Shown piece by piece: positions 36,439 through 49,216 of a DNA stretch of 64,000 nucleotides (its first letter is position 1; every line of letters begins with the position of its first letter). The stretch covers positions 3,490 to 67,489 of the forward strand of contig JAAUPS010000001.1 in NCBI GenBank assembly GCA_012033015.1, given 5' to 3'. The DNA is from Phormidesmis sp. RL_2_1. Its GTDB lineage: Bacteria > Cyanobacteriota > Cyanobacteriia > Phormidesmidales > Phormidesmidaceae. The notes beneath the pieces are model-generated. The model saw only the letters and a list, made by a program, of their open reading frames with translations. It did not search any database and was not told the DNA's origin. A program made the position numbers and the translations under genes.

Positions 36439-36646
36439 TGGATGGTGGTATTGCAGTCGAGGAGCTCATTAGGATAGTTTCTTAGAACCGGATGCGATCG
36501 CACGAGCCTATCTAAATATCCTAATGCAGCACCGCAGCGCTGGGACATGGGAAATAGAACTACGTCCCTGGGTCGAACGGTTTTGAGCGAGACCGCCAAA
36601 AAGTGTGGGAAACGTTGGAAACTCATTGAGTAGTACAAACGGTTTT

Positions 36647-36859
36647 CTAAATTTTGTCTCTTTGACGGAGAATCTTATCTAGGAATTTCTCAATCGATGA
36701 TGCTTTCTCTAAGCGCTCATGGCGAGAGTCTTCTACGAGGCGACTAATTTCCTGGGCGTGGTGGCGCTGTCTGAAGCCTGCAGCGCATTGAGCATGATAG
36801 GTGTCTTTGGCGTAGAACAATGCAATCAGCGGCCCAGCATCGAGCACAACTTGCTTCAA
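36647..36859 (-). pseudogene. Truncated PIN-domain (VapC-like) toxin
   Basis: VVLDAGPLIAL...D..H N-terminus then loss of similarity. Confidence 0.5.
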
Positions 36860-36937
36860 TCTTCAAAATCTTCGGCATGTTAGGCATACTAGTTATCTTG
36901 AACAATAGAGATCGCACGTGAGTCCTATTGTCACGAC

Positions 36938-37543
36938 TTATTGAGGCATTACATCATCTATTTGTAATTTGAGATCGGATAAAAGCGGTGATGAGATGGT
37001 TTCGCCCCTTCTGTATTGCCGTTGAATGTACTCATCGCCCTGTAACTGACAAACTGTGACGGTAGGTTGTTTAGGCTTGCCAATAAAGACAGTGCCGCCG
37101 AGACCTCGAAAGTCCACGATCCAGTACTCAGAAATGCCAAACAGCGCATATTCCTCACTCTTTCTGGCATAGTCGGTTTCCCAATTGGTGCTGACGACCT
37201 CGACCACCATTTTGACAGAACGACCCAGGGTAATAATGGGCTCACGTTCCCATAAAGGCTCATTAATCAAATTAGTTTCATCTAGGACAACAACATCCGG
37301 GCGACGAGCCGTAGCAGCTTCACCCGAAGGCCGAATTAGGCAAGTCCGAGGAATGAACCAAGGCAGTTTGGCCTGTATGATTGCCATCCCAATGTTGACA
37401 GCGAGTTTGCCGCCGACGGCTTCATGAGGGCCAGTAGGCTCCATATCGATTAGCTCTCCATCGGCTAGTTCGTATCGAGGATTATCAGCATATTGGGCAA
37501 TGAAGTCTTCTAGGGACAGTAGTTTGTTGAGTGTGTAGGCCAT
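36938..37543 (-). CDS. Uma2 family (DUF820) endonuclease-like protein
   Basis: YELADGEL, RRPDVVV, VVEVVS, DYARK..EY, ISEYWIVD. Confidence 0.9.
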   Translation of the reverse strand: MAYTLNKLLSLEDFIAQYADNPRYELADGELIDMEPTGPHEAVGGKLAVNIGMAIIQAKLPWFIPRTCLIRPSGEAATARRPDVVVLDETNLINEPLWEREPIITLGRSVKMVVEVVSTNWETDYARKSEEYALFGISEYWIVDFRGLGGTVFIGKPKQPTVTVCQLQGDEYIQRQYRRGETISSPLLSDLKLQIDDVMPQ

Positions 37544-37718
37544 CAGTTTAGTTGCTCGCGCTCGTAGGATGAGTTCGCTGGGCATGAGCCGTAAGGCTAT
37601 GGTTCTAGAGTAGCAGGCGGCTCTAGAAAACAGGGTGCGAGTAGTAACGGTACCGTAAGTATCGCTAAGCCGTCCAGTTTACTGGACAAAGCTGAGATTA
37701 GCCGATAGCCTCTGAGGT

Positions 37719-38278
37719 ATGGAATCCGGAGAACGTCTGAAACAAAAGGTTTTACAAGAGAAACGATTGGCTCATCGGTTGGGTTGGGCTCAAGCTCGTT
37801 TGGAAGCGGCTGAACGAGAACGCATCTGGGCGATCGCGTCTGCTCATGCTCAAGGCTTATCAATGCGCAAGATTGCCGCGACGACCACATTGAGTTCTAG
37901 CCGCGTCCATCAACTGCTTCACGCTGAGGAGGCTGGCCAGATTCCTGAGTGGCTGAACTCACTCAGCCCAGACGAATGCCCTGTCAAAATGTCGGCAGTT
38001 GATAGCAATCAACCAATGCTGAGTGTTTGGCAACAATCGTTAGCCGACGAAGTGACCCTAATGCATCAATGCATTGAGTGGTTGGAGCAATCACCGCCGA
38101 CCTAGATAACCTGACAGGGCATCTCAGCCCAATAGAGAAGGCTGACGCAAGTGACCCGATTACGGCTGGGGTAGAGCATCGACGACGCCTCGCTGAACCA
38201 GAGCCAACGCTGTCATCTCTAAGTCAACGCGATCAGCGGGCTATTCTTCGAGAAGCCATGCGTTTACCGCTGCCCTAA
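37719..38278 (+). pseudogene. HTH-containing hypothetical protein, probably mobile-element associated, split
   Basis: GLSMRKIAATTTLSSSRVHQLL HTH-like; upstream palindrome GTCCAGT-tt-ACTGGAC at 37672-37687. Confidence 0.45.
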
Positions 38279-38538
38279 AAGAAATGATGCCAATCTTCAG
38301 GGCCTGCATTGATATGGTTTAAGCCAACATGCTGTACCTCAGCCAAGCGACCAAAGCTATAGTCCAAACCTAGGCCAGAGCAGATATTCGGCCTATCTAA
38401 GGAGATAAGCAAAGCTGATGGATTAGAAGCCCTTTCCTACTTTCCCCCTTGTTTGGGAGAGTATCTCCACTCTTAATTCGGCGGTTGCCTCCTTGTCACA
38501 CTCGACTTATCTACATCGCACCGCTTGCAGCACACCTA

Positions 38539-39255
38539 CTAAGAGTTATCGATAGTGATGAAATCTATTCTCTCAAAATCGTTTTCTTTTAAGCCTCTAA
38601 TGACAAGATTTAAGGTATCACCAGCAGCGCAGTTCGTCGGCCAAAGAATCAGTGGAAGATATGCCTCCTTTTCTACTAGCATATTTTGCATTACGTCATA
38701 ATCGTACAGAACTAATAGATCGTCTATGTTTTGACTAGCGTTAAAGTACTCGTAGTAACTATCGCTAATCACTTCCTCACCTGTCTCTATCAATCTATCT
38801 AGTACTTCATCAACGTCATCGGTATCTTCGTATCCCCTTATCTTCGTCTCACGGAAGTTCAGACGCTCAGTGACTTCTCCCAAGTTATACGTAGCGTAAA
38901 AAGATCCCTCATCTGCACTATAGCTACAGTCAATCACCTCTGTGGATAGCCTTTCAGAGATATTTTGAGCAACCGTACCTTCGAATAGTGCCCTGGAATA
39001 ATGGATAACGTCTGAAACCGTTGTCCAGGCGCTACCTACAAACTGAAATACAATTGCTCCAGGGTTTTCAGATACCGTTAGAGTAACCCCGTAGCAATTC
39101 GGCAGCCATTCAGTCACCGTAACTAACTGAGAAATGACCGCTATTAACCGTAGGTTTGTGTTCAAATGCCCCCGCTGATCCCATATCGCCTTTCCATTTG
39201 GGACAACCGAAGATTTCAACGATATATGTAACGATATATGTAATGATGCTGACAT
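38539..39255 (-). CDS. Hypothetical acidic protein, AT-richer than flanks
   Basis: 238-aa ORF with atypical codon usage. Confidence 0.5.
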   Translation of the reverse strand: MSASLHISLHISLKSSVVPNGKAIWDQRGHLNTNLRLIAVISQLVTVTEWLPNCYGVTLTVSENPGAIVFQFVGSAWTTVSDVIHYSRALFEGTVAQNISERLSTEVIDCSYSADEGSFYATYNLGEVTERLNFRETKIRGYEDTDDVDEVLDRLIETGEEVISDSYYEYFNASQNIDDLLVLYDYDVMQNMLVEKEAYLPLILWPTNCAAGDTLNLVIRGLKENDFERIDFITIDNS

Positions 39256-39523
39256 GGAAGAAAAAGGTAGAAGAAATCACAATTCAGAAGAAGAGCTAAG
39301 ACTGGAAATATTTGCTACCGATGATTTCGGAGAAGAAGAACTAAGAGAAAGATACGTTCGAGAAGGGAAATTCTTGCTTATGCCAGGTGGCTTCAAGCTC
39401 GACCTATCAACTCTGGGTGGAAATAGAACGCCCGTAATCTACGATCAAAATGGAGAGAGAGTAGAGTCATCTACTCAGGTTACTTCAGGGTGGGGGGAAA
39501 CCATTCTGGGGCTTTTTACATAA
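39254..39523 (+). CDS. Hypothetical protein or fragment
   Basis: 89-aa ORF. Confidence 0.3.
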   Translation: MEEKGRRNHNSEEELRLEIFATDDFGEEELRERYVREGKFLLMPGGFKLDLSTLGGNRTPVIYDQNGERVESSTQVTSGWGETILGLFT

Positions 39524-39649
39524 CCCCCCGAAAAGGTGAATTCCAGGTTGGGACGTTTCGCTGACTAAAGCCTCTACGTGACAACAGGCCAAGCGACGCG
39601 CGTGTACCCGTTGGCGTGGCCTCGCCGTCGGCGTTATGCATCCGGCACA

Positions 39650-39963
39650 AGCTATATCCACCCTATACCGCCAAGTACAATCCGATTGAACATCGCTTAT
39701 TTCCCCATCTCTCACGGGTTTGCAAAGGGGTTATCTTTGATTCCGTTGAGCAGGTTCAAGCACTGATGGCTAAAGCCTCGACTAAAACGGGCCTCAAGGT
39801 ATTTTCGAGTGTCATTGATGCCGTCTACGAAACCGGCAGAAAAGCCTCTAATGAGTTTAATCAACAGAGGCCAATTAGCTTTGATGACTTTCTGCCAAAC
39901 TGGAACTATGTGGCTCGTCCTCAACCATCATGAAACCACATGTTATTTAATCCTGGTTCCTTA
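39650..39963 (+). mobile_element. ISAzo13-family transposase C-terminal remnant with probable right end
   Basis: YPPYTAKYNPIEHRLFPH...TKTGLKV...Y.TG.K...WNY; ends GTTATTT...TTCCTTA; boundaries approximate. Confidence 0.7.
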
Positions 39964-40003
39964 GCAAGATGATAGATTCTATCGCCGCTACCCGTTCAAC
40001 GGA

Positions 40004-41273
40004 TCATTCAACAGGTAGCTCAATGATGAATTTGGTGCCTTCGCCCACTACAGATTCACAAGCTAGGTTGCCGCCGTGCTTTTCGACAACAATTTGATAG
40101 CTAATGGATAGACCTAGGCCGGTGCCTTTGCCTACTGGCTTGGTGGTAAAAAAGGGATTGAATAGCTGATTGGCTATTTCAGCGCTCATACCTGGGCCGT
40201 TATCTATAATTTCAAGTTTGACCCACTCTGGTGAACTCTGCACTGTACGGATGCGAATGCAGTTTGGGTTTGCTTTGATTTCTGCCATTGAGCGACCGTG
40301 ATTGCCCTCTTCTAACGCGTCAATCGCATTTGCTAAAATATTCATAATCACTTGGTTAAGCTGGCTAGGATGACAGTCCACCCAAGGCAAGTCGCCATAC
40401 TCTCGAATGATTTGTACTTCAGGTCGTTCGGGTGTCGCTTTCAAGCGATTTGCTAAAAATCACCAAGGTACTATTAATACCTTCGTGAATATTGACATTT
40501 TTTTTCTCAGTGTCGTCTAAACGAGAGAAATTTCTTAAAGAAAGCACAAGCTCTCGAATGCGACTAGCCCCAATGGCTAGAGAGTCAAATAGTTTAGTCA
40601 AATCTTCTTGCAAAAAATCAAGATCAATCTCTTCAACGCATTCTTTAATCTCTGCAACCGGTTCGGGATATTGCGTTTGATAAAGCCCGACTAAGTCCAT
40701 CAAGTCTTGAATATAGGCTCTAGCAGGTCTGAGATTGCCATAAATAAAATTAACTGGGTTATTAATTTCGTGGGCAATTCCGGCCACCATTTGACCTAGA
40801 GAAGACATTTTTTCACTTTGAACAAGCTGAAGACGCATTTGGTCAAACTGAAGACGCATTTGGTCAAGCTGCTGTTGGTTGGCTTTTTCTTTGGCGACGG
40901 CTTGCAATGTCTTTTCTAAGGTAACTGTCAAATCTGACAGGCTGATCGGCTTCATGAGAAAATCAAATGCACCACTATTCATCGCTGCGCGGATATTAGC
41001 CATATCGCTACAGGCTGAAACGACAACGATTTTAGGCGCATGTGACAAGGTATTGAGCTGGCTGATGAGATCTAACCCATTGATCACAGGTCTGTTGATA
41101 TCTGTCAGTACCACATCAATGTCAGGGTTGGTGGTGAGGTGTTGATAGGCTTGTGCCCCATTGTTGGTGAAGATAAATCGATACTCACCTTGACGAATTT
41201 CATGTCGAAATTTTTGAGAAATTAGCGACTCGATATCGGGCTCATCGTCAACAACTAAAATGTGGTGGGTCAC
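40004..41273 (-). CDS. Hybrid receiver-histidine kinase (frameshift near 40450)
   Basis: ILVVDDE, VLTDIN, AFDFLMKP, AHEINNP, GTGLGLS. Confidence 0.85.
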
Positions 41274-41628
41274 AGATTTTTGCCTTGAAATTCTTTTCTC
41301 TGAGCGTAAAATTATTGTCTCTGAACGTCAACTCGAGCGAAACAATCAGTTGCCGATGCGGTAGGGTCGGATACGTGGGTTAGTGCCCAACTCATACTCC
41401 ATTTACATTTCCCACAAAGCAACTTTACGTATCGACTTGACAGATCCGCTCGGAGATGATTATGTCAATAAATCCCCCACTTAGATATAGCGGTTATCAC
41501 GTATGGCGGTTATCACTGTGTTTCGTGCATAACTGTGTTTCGTGCATAAGCAATCGCTAAAACTGGTATAAAAATGCAATGCGCAACCGCAGCCAGGCAG
41601 GCAGGGGGTTGCGCGCTGCCATTGTAGG

Positions 41629-43103
41629 CTATTGCGGCACCCACACTGATACTGAGCCCGCTTCGCAGCGAAAATCAGCCCAGCCCTCTTCATTGGTGGT
41701 AATCGGCTCGGCAATATGTTCGGTGATATCGATATAGGTGCAGTTAGGCTGGCCGACTTCCATCCATTTGGTGCCGTTATCACCATTGCTGAGTACCACA
41801 GCCATTCCCCCTGGCTGCTCGTCAGTGCCTAGCCTTGACCAGCCAATCACGTTTGGATGGTCAAAGTAGTCGTACTGCTCGCCATAGGCATAGGTTTGTC
41901 GGGCTTCAAGAAACTTGTCGATTAACCACTGATGGGTGTCTAGAAAAATCTCGTACTCATCACCGTCTTTGTTATCTTTGTAATGAGCGCCATAATAATC
42001 GGCATAAAAGATGCAGGGATAGCCGCCTTGCCGTAACAAAATTAATGCATAGGCTAGCGGTTTGAACCAGCCTTCTACCACGGATTCTAAGGACTGTAGA
42101 GGCTGTGAATCATGGTTTTCTACTAGAGTAACGGCCAGTGTTGGCTGATCTTTGACTAGGCTGCCGTCAAAGATGCTGCGCATGTCATAGTCATTGCCAC
42201 TTTTGCTCGCTGCAGAAAAGTTGTAATGCAAGGGGGCATCAAACAGGGCAACATCGCCGCCGGTGACCTCAATAAAGTGATGCAACGCCTCAGTCTCGTC
42301 AGACCAATACTCACCGACCGCGAACAGTCTTTTCCCGGCGTACTGGCGTACGTGCTGTAGCCAATCTGGGAAAAGCCAGCCTGTACATGCTTTACCGCAT
42401 CGAAGCGAAAGCCATCGATATCGGTCAAATCCACATACCACTCGCCCCATTGCATCAGTTCTGCGCGGACTTCTTCGTGGCTCATGTCGAGATCGCAGCC
42501 CATGAGATAGTCAAAGCCGCCTTTTTCCATGTCTACTTGATGGTCAAAAAGCTTGCCTTCAAAGAGATAAACGGCGTCAAAGTCGCCTTGTTCATAGGCG
42601 TTATAGTCTATGGCGTTGAAATGCCACCAATGCCACTCCATTTCGGAGTATTTGCCTTGGCGACCCGGAAAGGTAAAGTGAGTCCAACCCTTGATGGTTA
42701 CGCGATCGCCGATGGGTTGGCTGCGGTTGTCAGGAGAAAAGGGGGTGGCGTTAAATTCTTCTTCTTGATCACCGCCTAGTTTGTGGTTGAGCACAACATC
42801 GGCGTAGACATCAATACCGGCCTGCTTGGCTGCTTGTATGGCTGCTACATATTCGTCTTTAGTGCCGTATTTGGTGCGTACAGAGCCTTTTTGATCAAAT
42901 TCTCCTAGGTCGTATAGGTCATACACGCCGTAGCCAACGTCATAACCGCCAGCAGTGCCTTTATAAGCGGGTGGTAACCATACAGCAGTAATGCCCGCTT
43001 GAGCCAGCTCGGGAGCCCGCTGTGCTAGTTCATTCCATAGGGTGCCATCGGGTTCGTTGTACCAGTGGAAGTATTGCATCATTACGCCATTGGGGGCAGA
43101 CAT
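41629..43103 (-). CDS. amyA: Alpha-amylase, GH13 (frameshift near 42375)
   Basis: NGVMMQYFHW, WLPPAYKG, DVVLNHK, GFRFDAVKH, VGEYW, VENHD. Confidence 0.9.
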
Positions 43104-43372
43104 ATCAACAAGCTCCATTGAGAGATGATTGAGAAATGAATGAGAGATGAAAGTATTGAATATTGCAGGTGAAAACAGCCGCAATATTAGCGTTTCTCAC
43201 TTGGCTAGACTTTGGCTAGACTTTGGCTGGACTTTGGCTGGACTACAGGCCAAGTGACCAAAGCTATAGAAAAGCAAGCAGAGCTTTATCATCCTGCTAA
43301 ACTCTAGAGGATGAAATACTTCCAAAGGCGTATTCTTGCTGTAATGATCTTCTTAGCGCATTATTTAGCGCG

Positions 43373-44877
43373 TTATCTTAATGCCGCTTCCCCACGCCGA
43401 TACAGCTCGCGCGCATAGTCTGTCCAACGGCCTTGTCCCCAATAGCGAAAGCAACTGGTTTCTACTAGGAGTAAATACAATAGCGCGGCTTGATAATCTT
43501 CTTGGCGGGTGACGTCTGGATTATCTTTTACCTGCTGATCATATTTTTGGTGAAACCGGGCGCTGAGTTGATTCATCGGCTCTAGCACGTTTTCGTAGCC
43601 TTTCACCCAGCTTAGGTCATCCGTCCAAGAGGCTCCATCCATATGAAACTGAGGATCGTTTGCTTGGAGCTGGGCGATCGCATCAGCAACCGCTGCCGGT
43701 GTCGCCTGCTCTGGTGCCACCTGGTGCCAAATCTTATGCTGCCCGACGGCCTGACATAGGGGATAATCATCCGGGTTCACACCTGCCGCTTCGATCAGCT
43801 CAATATACTCTGTGCCATTGAGCCCAGTTGTGCCCTCTGTTTGTCTGCCATGCGCTCGAATGCCACGCCAAAAAGGAACAAAGTCACGGCCATACTCATT
43901 CATCATCACGCCGCCATTTTCACCATCGGCAATTTGTGAAATACAACAAGGCACCCACACCTTGCCAATTTGTTGTCGGCTTCTTCCTTTGGCTTCATGG
44001 TAGGGCTGCATTTGAGCAACCAGTTTGGTATCTGAGCCTTGGGTCTTAATCAAAGCTGTGATGCTGATGGTTTCGCCATGGGAATTGCGAGCGATTAAGC
44101 GATTGGGTATGTATTTGTCGTCATGGTATAACCCCGCACCATCTAACCGTTCGACCGAATGCTCTTGTACCAACAGCCAGCGGTAGCCGCATTCTTTGAG
44201 CGCTTTAATGTACTCGTATAAGGTATCGGGATGGTTGGGCAAATGCATCTCCGGCGGTGAAAAGCCTTTCACCCGGCGGAGGGCGTCATAGCCAAATAAA
44301 GCGGCAAAGTGATGCTGCCATGCTTGAATATGCAGCTTAATGTCGGGAATGGGGGTAGAAGGTACCACCGCATGGCTCCACATTGTGCCCATCCACTCCA
44401 CATAGGGTTGATAGGCGGGTTCGCATAACCGCCGCAGGTCGTGGATAATATCTTCGCGGCCCATTTGGCGAAATGCCCACAGGAGGTTGCCAGAATAGTC
44501 GAGCATAATCCGGGGGTTGTCGCCTTCGGCTACCAGTTGAGGAATCCATTCCCCCATGCGTTTGTAGCACCAAGCAAAAACTGAGGCATTGTGATTATCG
44601 CCATCGCCTTGGTTTTCAAACATATGCTGCAAATTGCTGATTGGAGCGCCGTCATGCCCTGCTGGAATGGTGGGCTGGTGCATGTGCAAAGCGCAGGCAA
44701 ATCCGGCGGTGATTTTTTCAAGCTGCACGTTCGTCACTGGCAAAAAACAGGCTGATCGTGGTTGGTAACAGCGGTGATGGCTGCTTCCCAGCCGCAGATA
44801 TTGGGTAAGCCTGCTCTGATATCATTTAGCGTAGGCAGTGCTGCTGAAGCGTAGCCAGAAGAGGTCGTTGTGATCAT
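43373..44877 (-). CDS. GH57-like glycoside hydrolase (frameshift near 44745)
   Basis: LHMHQP, GFSPPEM, DGENG, ETSCFRYWG. Confidence 0.75.
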
Positions 44878-45123
44878 GCTATTTTCCTTAGGGGCCAACC
44901 GTTTTTTTTGCGATCGCTCAGATGATAGGCCAGATTTCACCGCTTGCCACGCAAACACCGGCAAGTACTGCAATACTTAAGCCTGTAATACGTTAAGTCA
45001 AGGCTTTTTACGTTTTATCGCAGGGCTCACCGATAGATTTTGCAAAATCTTTTCCTGATTTCTGGTTGAATGAACCTATCAAAATAACCTTTAATAACGT
45101 AGATAAGTTTCGGGGAATATCGC

Positions 45124-46610
45124 ATGTACATCGTCCAAATTGCCTCAGAATGTGCGCCTGTGATTAAAGCTGGCGGTCTAGGCGACGTGGTCTATGGCCT
45201 CAGCCGTGAGCTGAGTACCCGAGGCCATTGTGTAGAGCTGATTTTGCCCAAGTATGACTGTATGGGCTACCACCATGTGTATGACATGCATGTGGCTTAC
45301 CATGATTTGCGCGTGCCTTGGTACGGTGGTGTGATTAGCTGCACTGTAGAATGCGGTTGGGTTCACGGCCTGCTGTGCTTTTTTATTGCGCCTCACTCTG
45401 GCGATGCCTTTTTCAATCGGGGCAAATTTTATGGCGAATACGACGATCAAATTCGTTTTGCCTTTTTCAGCAAAGCGGCCCTGGAATTTTTGCTGCACAG
45501 TAATAAACGCCCTGATGTGCTGCACTGCCACGATTGGCAAACTGGTCTAGTGCCTGTCATGCTCTATGAAATGTATGGCTGGCACGGCATGGCCAATCAG
45601 CGGGTTTGCTACTCTATTCACAACTTTAAGCATCAGGGTGTTTGGGGGGTCGAAATATTAGAGGCCACCGGGCTCAATCGCGCTGACTACTACTTTGCCC
45701 TGAGCGCCTACGCGATCCGGGTAATCCGATGGCCATCAATTTTATGAAGTCGGGCATTGTGTATGCGAACTATGTCAATACGGTATCGCCCCACCATGCC
45801 TGGGAGGCTCGCTTTAGTGATATCGGCTGTGGTCTGCAAACCACATTGCACGCTCATCATGCCAAGTTTGGCGGTATTCTCAACGGGGTGGATTACAGCG
45901 TTTGGAGCCCGGATATCGACGGTAAAATTCCAGCCAACTATTCTATTGGTGATTTTGAAAACAAGGCTTTGAACAAAAAGGCGCTGCGAGAAAAGCTGTT
46001 GTTGGCAGCGCCCCATGAGTCAGAAGACAAGCCTTTGGTCGCATTCATTGGCCGCTTAGATCAGCAAAAGGGAATGCATCAGGTGCACCATGCGCTGTAC
46101 TACTGTTTAGAACGGGGGGCTCAGTTTGTCATGCTAGGGTCTGCTTCAGAACAGGGCATTCACGACTGGTTCTGGCGGGAGAAAAATCATTTGAATGACA
46201 ATCCCAACTGCCACTTAGAACTGACGTTTAACGAAACGCTCTCCCATCTGATTTATGCTGCGGCAGATATTATGATTGTGCCGAGTAATTATGAGCCCTG
46301 TGGGCTCACCCAAATTATCAGCTTAAAATATGGCACTGTGCCGGTTGTCAGAGGGGTGGGCGGATTGATCAATACTATCTTTGATTGGGATTACGATCAG
46401 CAACATCCTTTGGAGGAGCGCAATGGATTTGTATTTTATGAAAATGACAGTATTGCTCTAGAATCGGCGTTGGGGCGATCGCTCGATTTATACTGCAATG
46501 AGTCTGCGCTTTTCCGTCAGCTTGCTAAGCAGGGCATGGATTGGGACTATTCGTGGAAGCTTCCTGGCGATCAGTATGTAGGTGTATATGAGCACATTCG
46601 CCATAAATAA
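45124..46610 (+). CDS. glgA: Glycogen synthase (frameshift near 45700)
   Basis: KAGGLGDV, HCHDWQT, NTVSP, GRL..QKG, PS.YEPCGL. Confidence 0.9.
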
Positions 46611-46629
46611 TGGCAAAAATAACAGTAAT

Positions 46630-46705
46630 CAAACCAAAACAACAAAACCAAAACAACAAAACCAAAACAACAAAACCAAAACAGCAAAACCAAAACAGCA
46701 AAAAG
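46630..46705 (+). repeat. A/C-rich 14-bp tandem repeat (AAAACCAAAACARC)
   Basis: Directly visible. Confidence 0.8.
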
Positions 46706-46836
46706 AAAAAAGCAACAGATGGCAGTCAGTGACTATTATCTCTACAGCTATCTCTACAGCTATCTTTATAGCTCAATGCTTTATGGCTCAATGCTTTATG
46801 GCTAAGTGCTTTATATCTAAATGTTATCTCAGCTAA

Positions 46837-47796
46837 ATGTTATCTCTACAGTCCTTTTTAGACGATCTTTATGACCGCTATCGCGATCTCAATGAGGGCC
46901 GGTTAGCGAGCTATATTCCTGAGTTGGCAAAGGCTGATAAGGGCTGTTTTGGTATCAGTGTGGTCACCACTGATGGGCGATGTTTTGAAGCGGGAGAGGT
47001 GCATCAGCCGTTTACGATTCAGTCTATTTCTAAGGTGTTTGCCTATGGATTAGCGCTGGAAGATCATGGTCGCGATGAACTGTTTGAAAAGGTGGGGGTA
47101 GAACCTACGGGCGATCCGTTTAATTCGCTGATTCGGCTGGATGAAGATTCTAAGCGGCCTTTTAATCCGATGATTAATGCAGGTGCGATCGCAACGACTA
47201 GTCTGATCGATGGCACGGATCCGACTGACAAGCTGAACCGGCTGCTGGCCATGTTTGAGGGCTATCTTGGTCACAATGTTGTGATTGATATGTCTACATT
47301 TATGTCTGAGCGTTCTACTGGGCATCGAAATCGGGCGATGGCTCACCTCATGCTCAATTTCGATATGATTGGCCATGATATCAACTCGGCGCTGGATCTT
47401 TATTTTCAGCAGTGTTCGGTGATGGTGGACTGTCACGACTTGGCGACGATGGCGGCGACGCTGGCTAATCAGGGTGTTCAGCCGGTGACAAAAGTGCAGG
47501 CGATTTCGGGAGACTATGTTCGAGATTTGCTGAGTGTGATGTATACCTGTGGCATGTATAACCGGGCAGGAGAGTGGGCCTATCGGGTCGGCATTCCGGC
47601 GAAGAGTGGCGTTTCAGGCGGGATTATTGCTGTGGTTCCCGGTAAAGCTGGGATTGCTACTTTTTCTCCTTTGATTGATGCTAATGGCAATAGTATTAGG
47701 GGCTTGAGGGTATTTGAAGAACTCTCTCAAGCCTACGGTTTGCACCTATTTGATCTGTCCATGGGGCGCTGTGTGTTTACGAAGGCTCTAGAGTAA
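46837..47796 (+). CDS. glsA: Glutaminase A
   Basis: [37 protein letters not shown]. Confidence 0.92.
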   Translation: MLSLQSFLDDLYDRYRDLNEGRLASYIPELAKADKGCFGISVVTTDGRCFEAGEVHQPFTIQSISKVFAYGLALEDHGRDELFEKVGVEPTGDPFNSLIRLDEDSKRPFNPMINAGAIATTSLIDGTDPTDKLNRLLAMFEGYLGHNVVIDMSTFMSERSTGHRNRAMAHLMLNFDMIGHDINSALDLYFQQCSVMVDCHDLATMAATLANQGVQPVTKVQAISGDYVRDLLSVMYTCGMYNRAGEWAYRVGIPAKSGVSGGIIAVVPGKAGIATFSPLIDANGNSIRGLRVFEELSQAYGLHLFDLSMGRCVFTKALE

Positions 47797-47903
47797 CGCT
47801 GTGGATCAGCTTGCTCAAGTTCAGCTTGCTTAAATTTAGCTTGCTTAAATTTAGCCTGCTTAAATTCAGGATTCTCAAATGTAGACTTTGAAGACTCTCT
47901 TTT

Positions 47904-47983
47904 GGTCTCACTATGAGACTTTTTGTGAATTTTAAGCTCAAAGTGAGACCAGGAATAATTTAATTGAGTCTCACAATAAGATT
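47904..47983. promoter_or_regulatory. Cluster A of AGTCTCA-N3-TGAGACT-like palindromes
   Basis: Sites starting at 47904, 47934, 47967. Confidence 0.6.
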
Positions 47984-48024
47984 TTGAAAATCTATCATTT
48001 TATTGCCAGTTTTTATGCGATTGG

Positions 48025-48657
48025 CTAGGGCGTGTTGACTGCAAATGCCATTTGCCAAAAATCTTTTTCGAGCTGGGCAACGCTCAAAAATGTTTGTTTT
48101 GCCTGACCTTGTTCTGACTCACTGGCTTTTGTCAGGGCGTCGTCAGCCTGCTGCTCTAAAATTTTGACATACTCGGTAAAACTGGGATTGCCCCAACGGT
48201 CGGCAAATTCTGTGTAGGGCTCGGGCATGGGGCTGTGAATTTGCCAGCCTTGGTTGTAGGCAAGCTCTATCGCCCAAAATGCGGTGGCCTGAACGGCGTA
48301 TGGTTGACTGGATAGCGATCGCATAAATTCGCAGTAGGCAGTGCAGGTTGGCTGAGGTGAAACTTTTAAGGAGAGCGATCGCGCTTTGGCTTTGGCCTGA
48401 AACCACAGCAGTTCGTCTTTAAGTGCGCTTAAGCCGCCTAGAATTGGGTCGAAATGTACGACGGGTGCTGATAACAGCAGATGAGCAGCTAACCGGGTAA
48501 ATTCTGTCACAAATAAGTAGTCTTGTACGAGCCAGGTGTTGAATTGCTCGGCGCTGATAGTGCCTTGTTGACACTGTTGTAGGAAGGGGTGAATAGTCGC
48601 TGAGCGCCACTCTTGGGGATGATCTGATAGCAGTGCGCTGCAGGTAAGGCTGGGCAT
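48025..48657 (-). CDS. tenA: TenA/THI-4 family protein
   Basis: HPFL, WLVQDYLF, AIELAY, F..RW, EKDFWQMA. Confidence 0.75.
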   Translation of the reverse strand: MPSLTCSALLSDHPQEWRSATIHPFLQQCQQGTISAEQFNTWLVQDYLFVTEFTRLAAHLLLSAPVVHFDPILGGLSALKDELLWFQAKAKARSLSLKVSPQPTCTAYCEFMRSLSSQPYAVQATAFWAIELAYNQGWQIHSPMPEPYTEFADRWGNPSFTEYVKILEQQADDALTKASESEQGQAKQTFLSVAQLEKDFWQMAFAVNTP

Positions 48658-48755
48658 GTTTTTATGGGGATGGGTGTTTACTTTCATTACAAGTTAAACG
48701 TATCTTTTGTGCTTTCGCAGGGGCTTCTGCCATAAGTATCAAAAGGGGTCTTTCT

Positions 48756-48821
48756 TAAATCACCTTGAGACTCATTTGAATTCATTCGAGTCTCAAAGTG
48801 AGAATAGTTCAAATTGAGAAT
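48756..48821. promoter_or_regulatory. Cluster B of AGTCTCA-N3-TGAGACT-like palindromes
   Basis: Sites starting at 48756, 48789, 48805. Confidence 0.55.
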
Positions 48822-49216
48822 TAAGTGTTTTGGCTGAGCTGTCTGAGGGGGTGAAACGGAGGTGAAATGGGTGCCGAAATGGAGCGAAAAAGATTAAGTG
48901 GTGAGGTGACGATCTGCTAAGGCGTAGGTTTTACACTGCTTAGAAAATCTCAATGAATCTGCACACAATTGGCGATGGGCTGGGCTATTGGCAGATACTG
49001 TTTTAATGAGTACCTTGAATGAGCACCCTGAATGAGCACCTTGAATGAGCACCTTGAATGAGCACCTGCATTGCGGGTTAGTTTGGGAATGGGGTGTTTG
49101 GGCCTAGGTGTTTAGGTCTAGGTGGTTGTGTTTAGGTGGTTGTGTTTAGGTGGTTGTGTTTAGGTGGTTGTGTTTATTTTTGGGAGCGTTGATCGACGTT
49201 GATCAGCGTGGATCTG

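Noticed and set aside
48658-49216. TPP riboswitch upstream of tenA
   Set aside because: Conserved TPP aptamer segments not recognisable on the minus strand.
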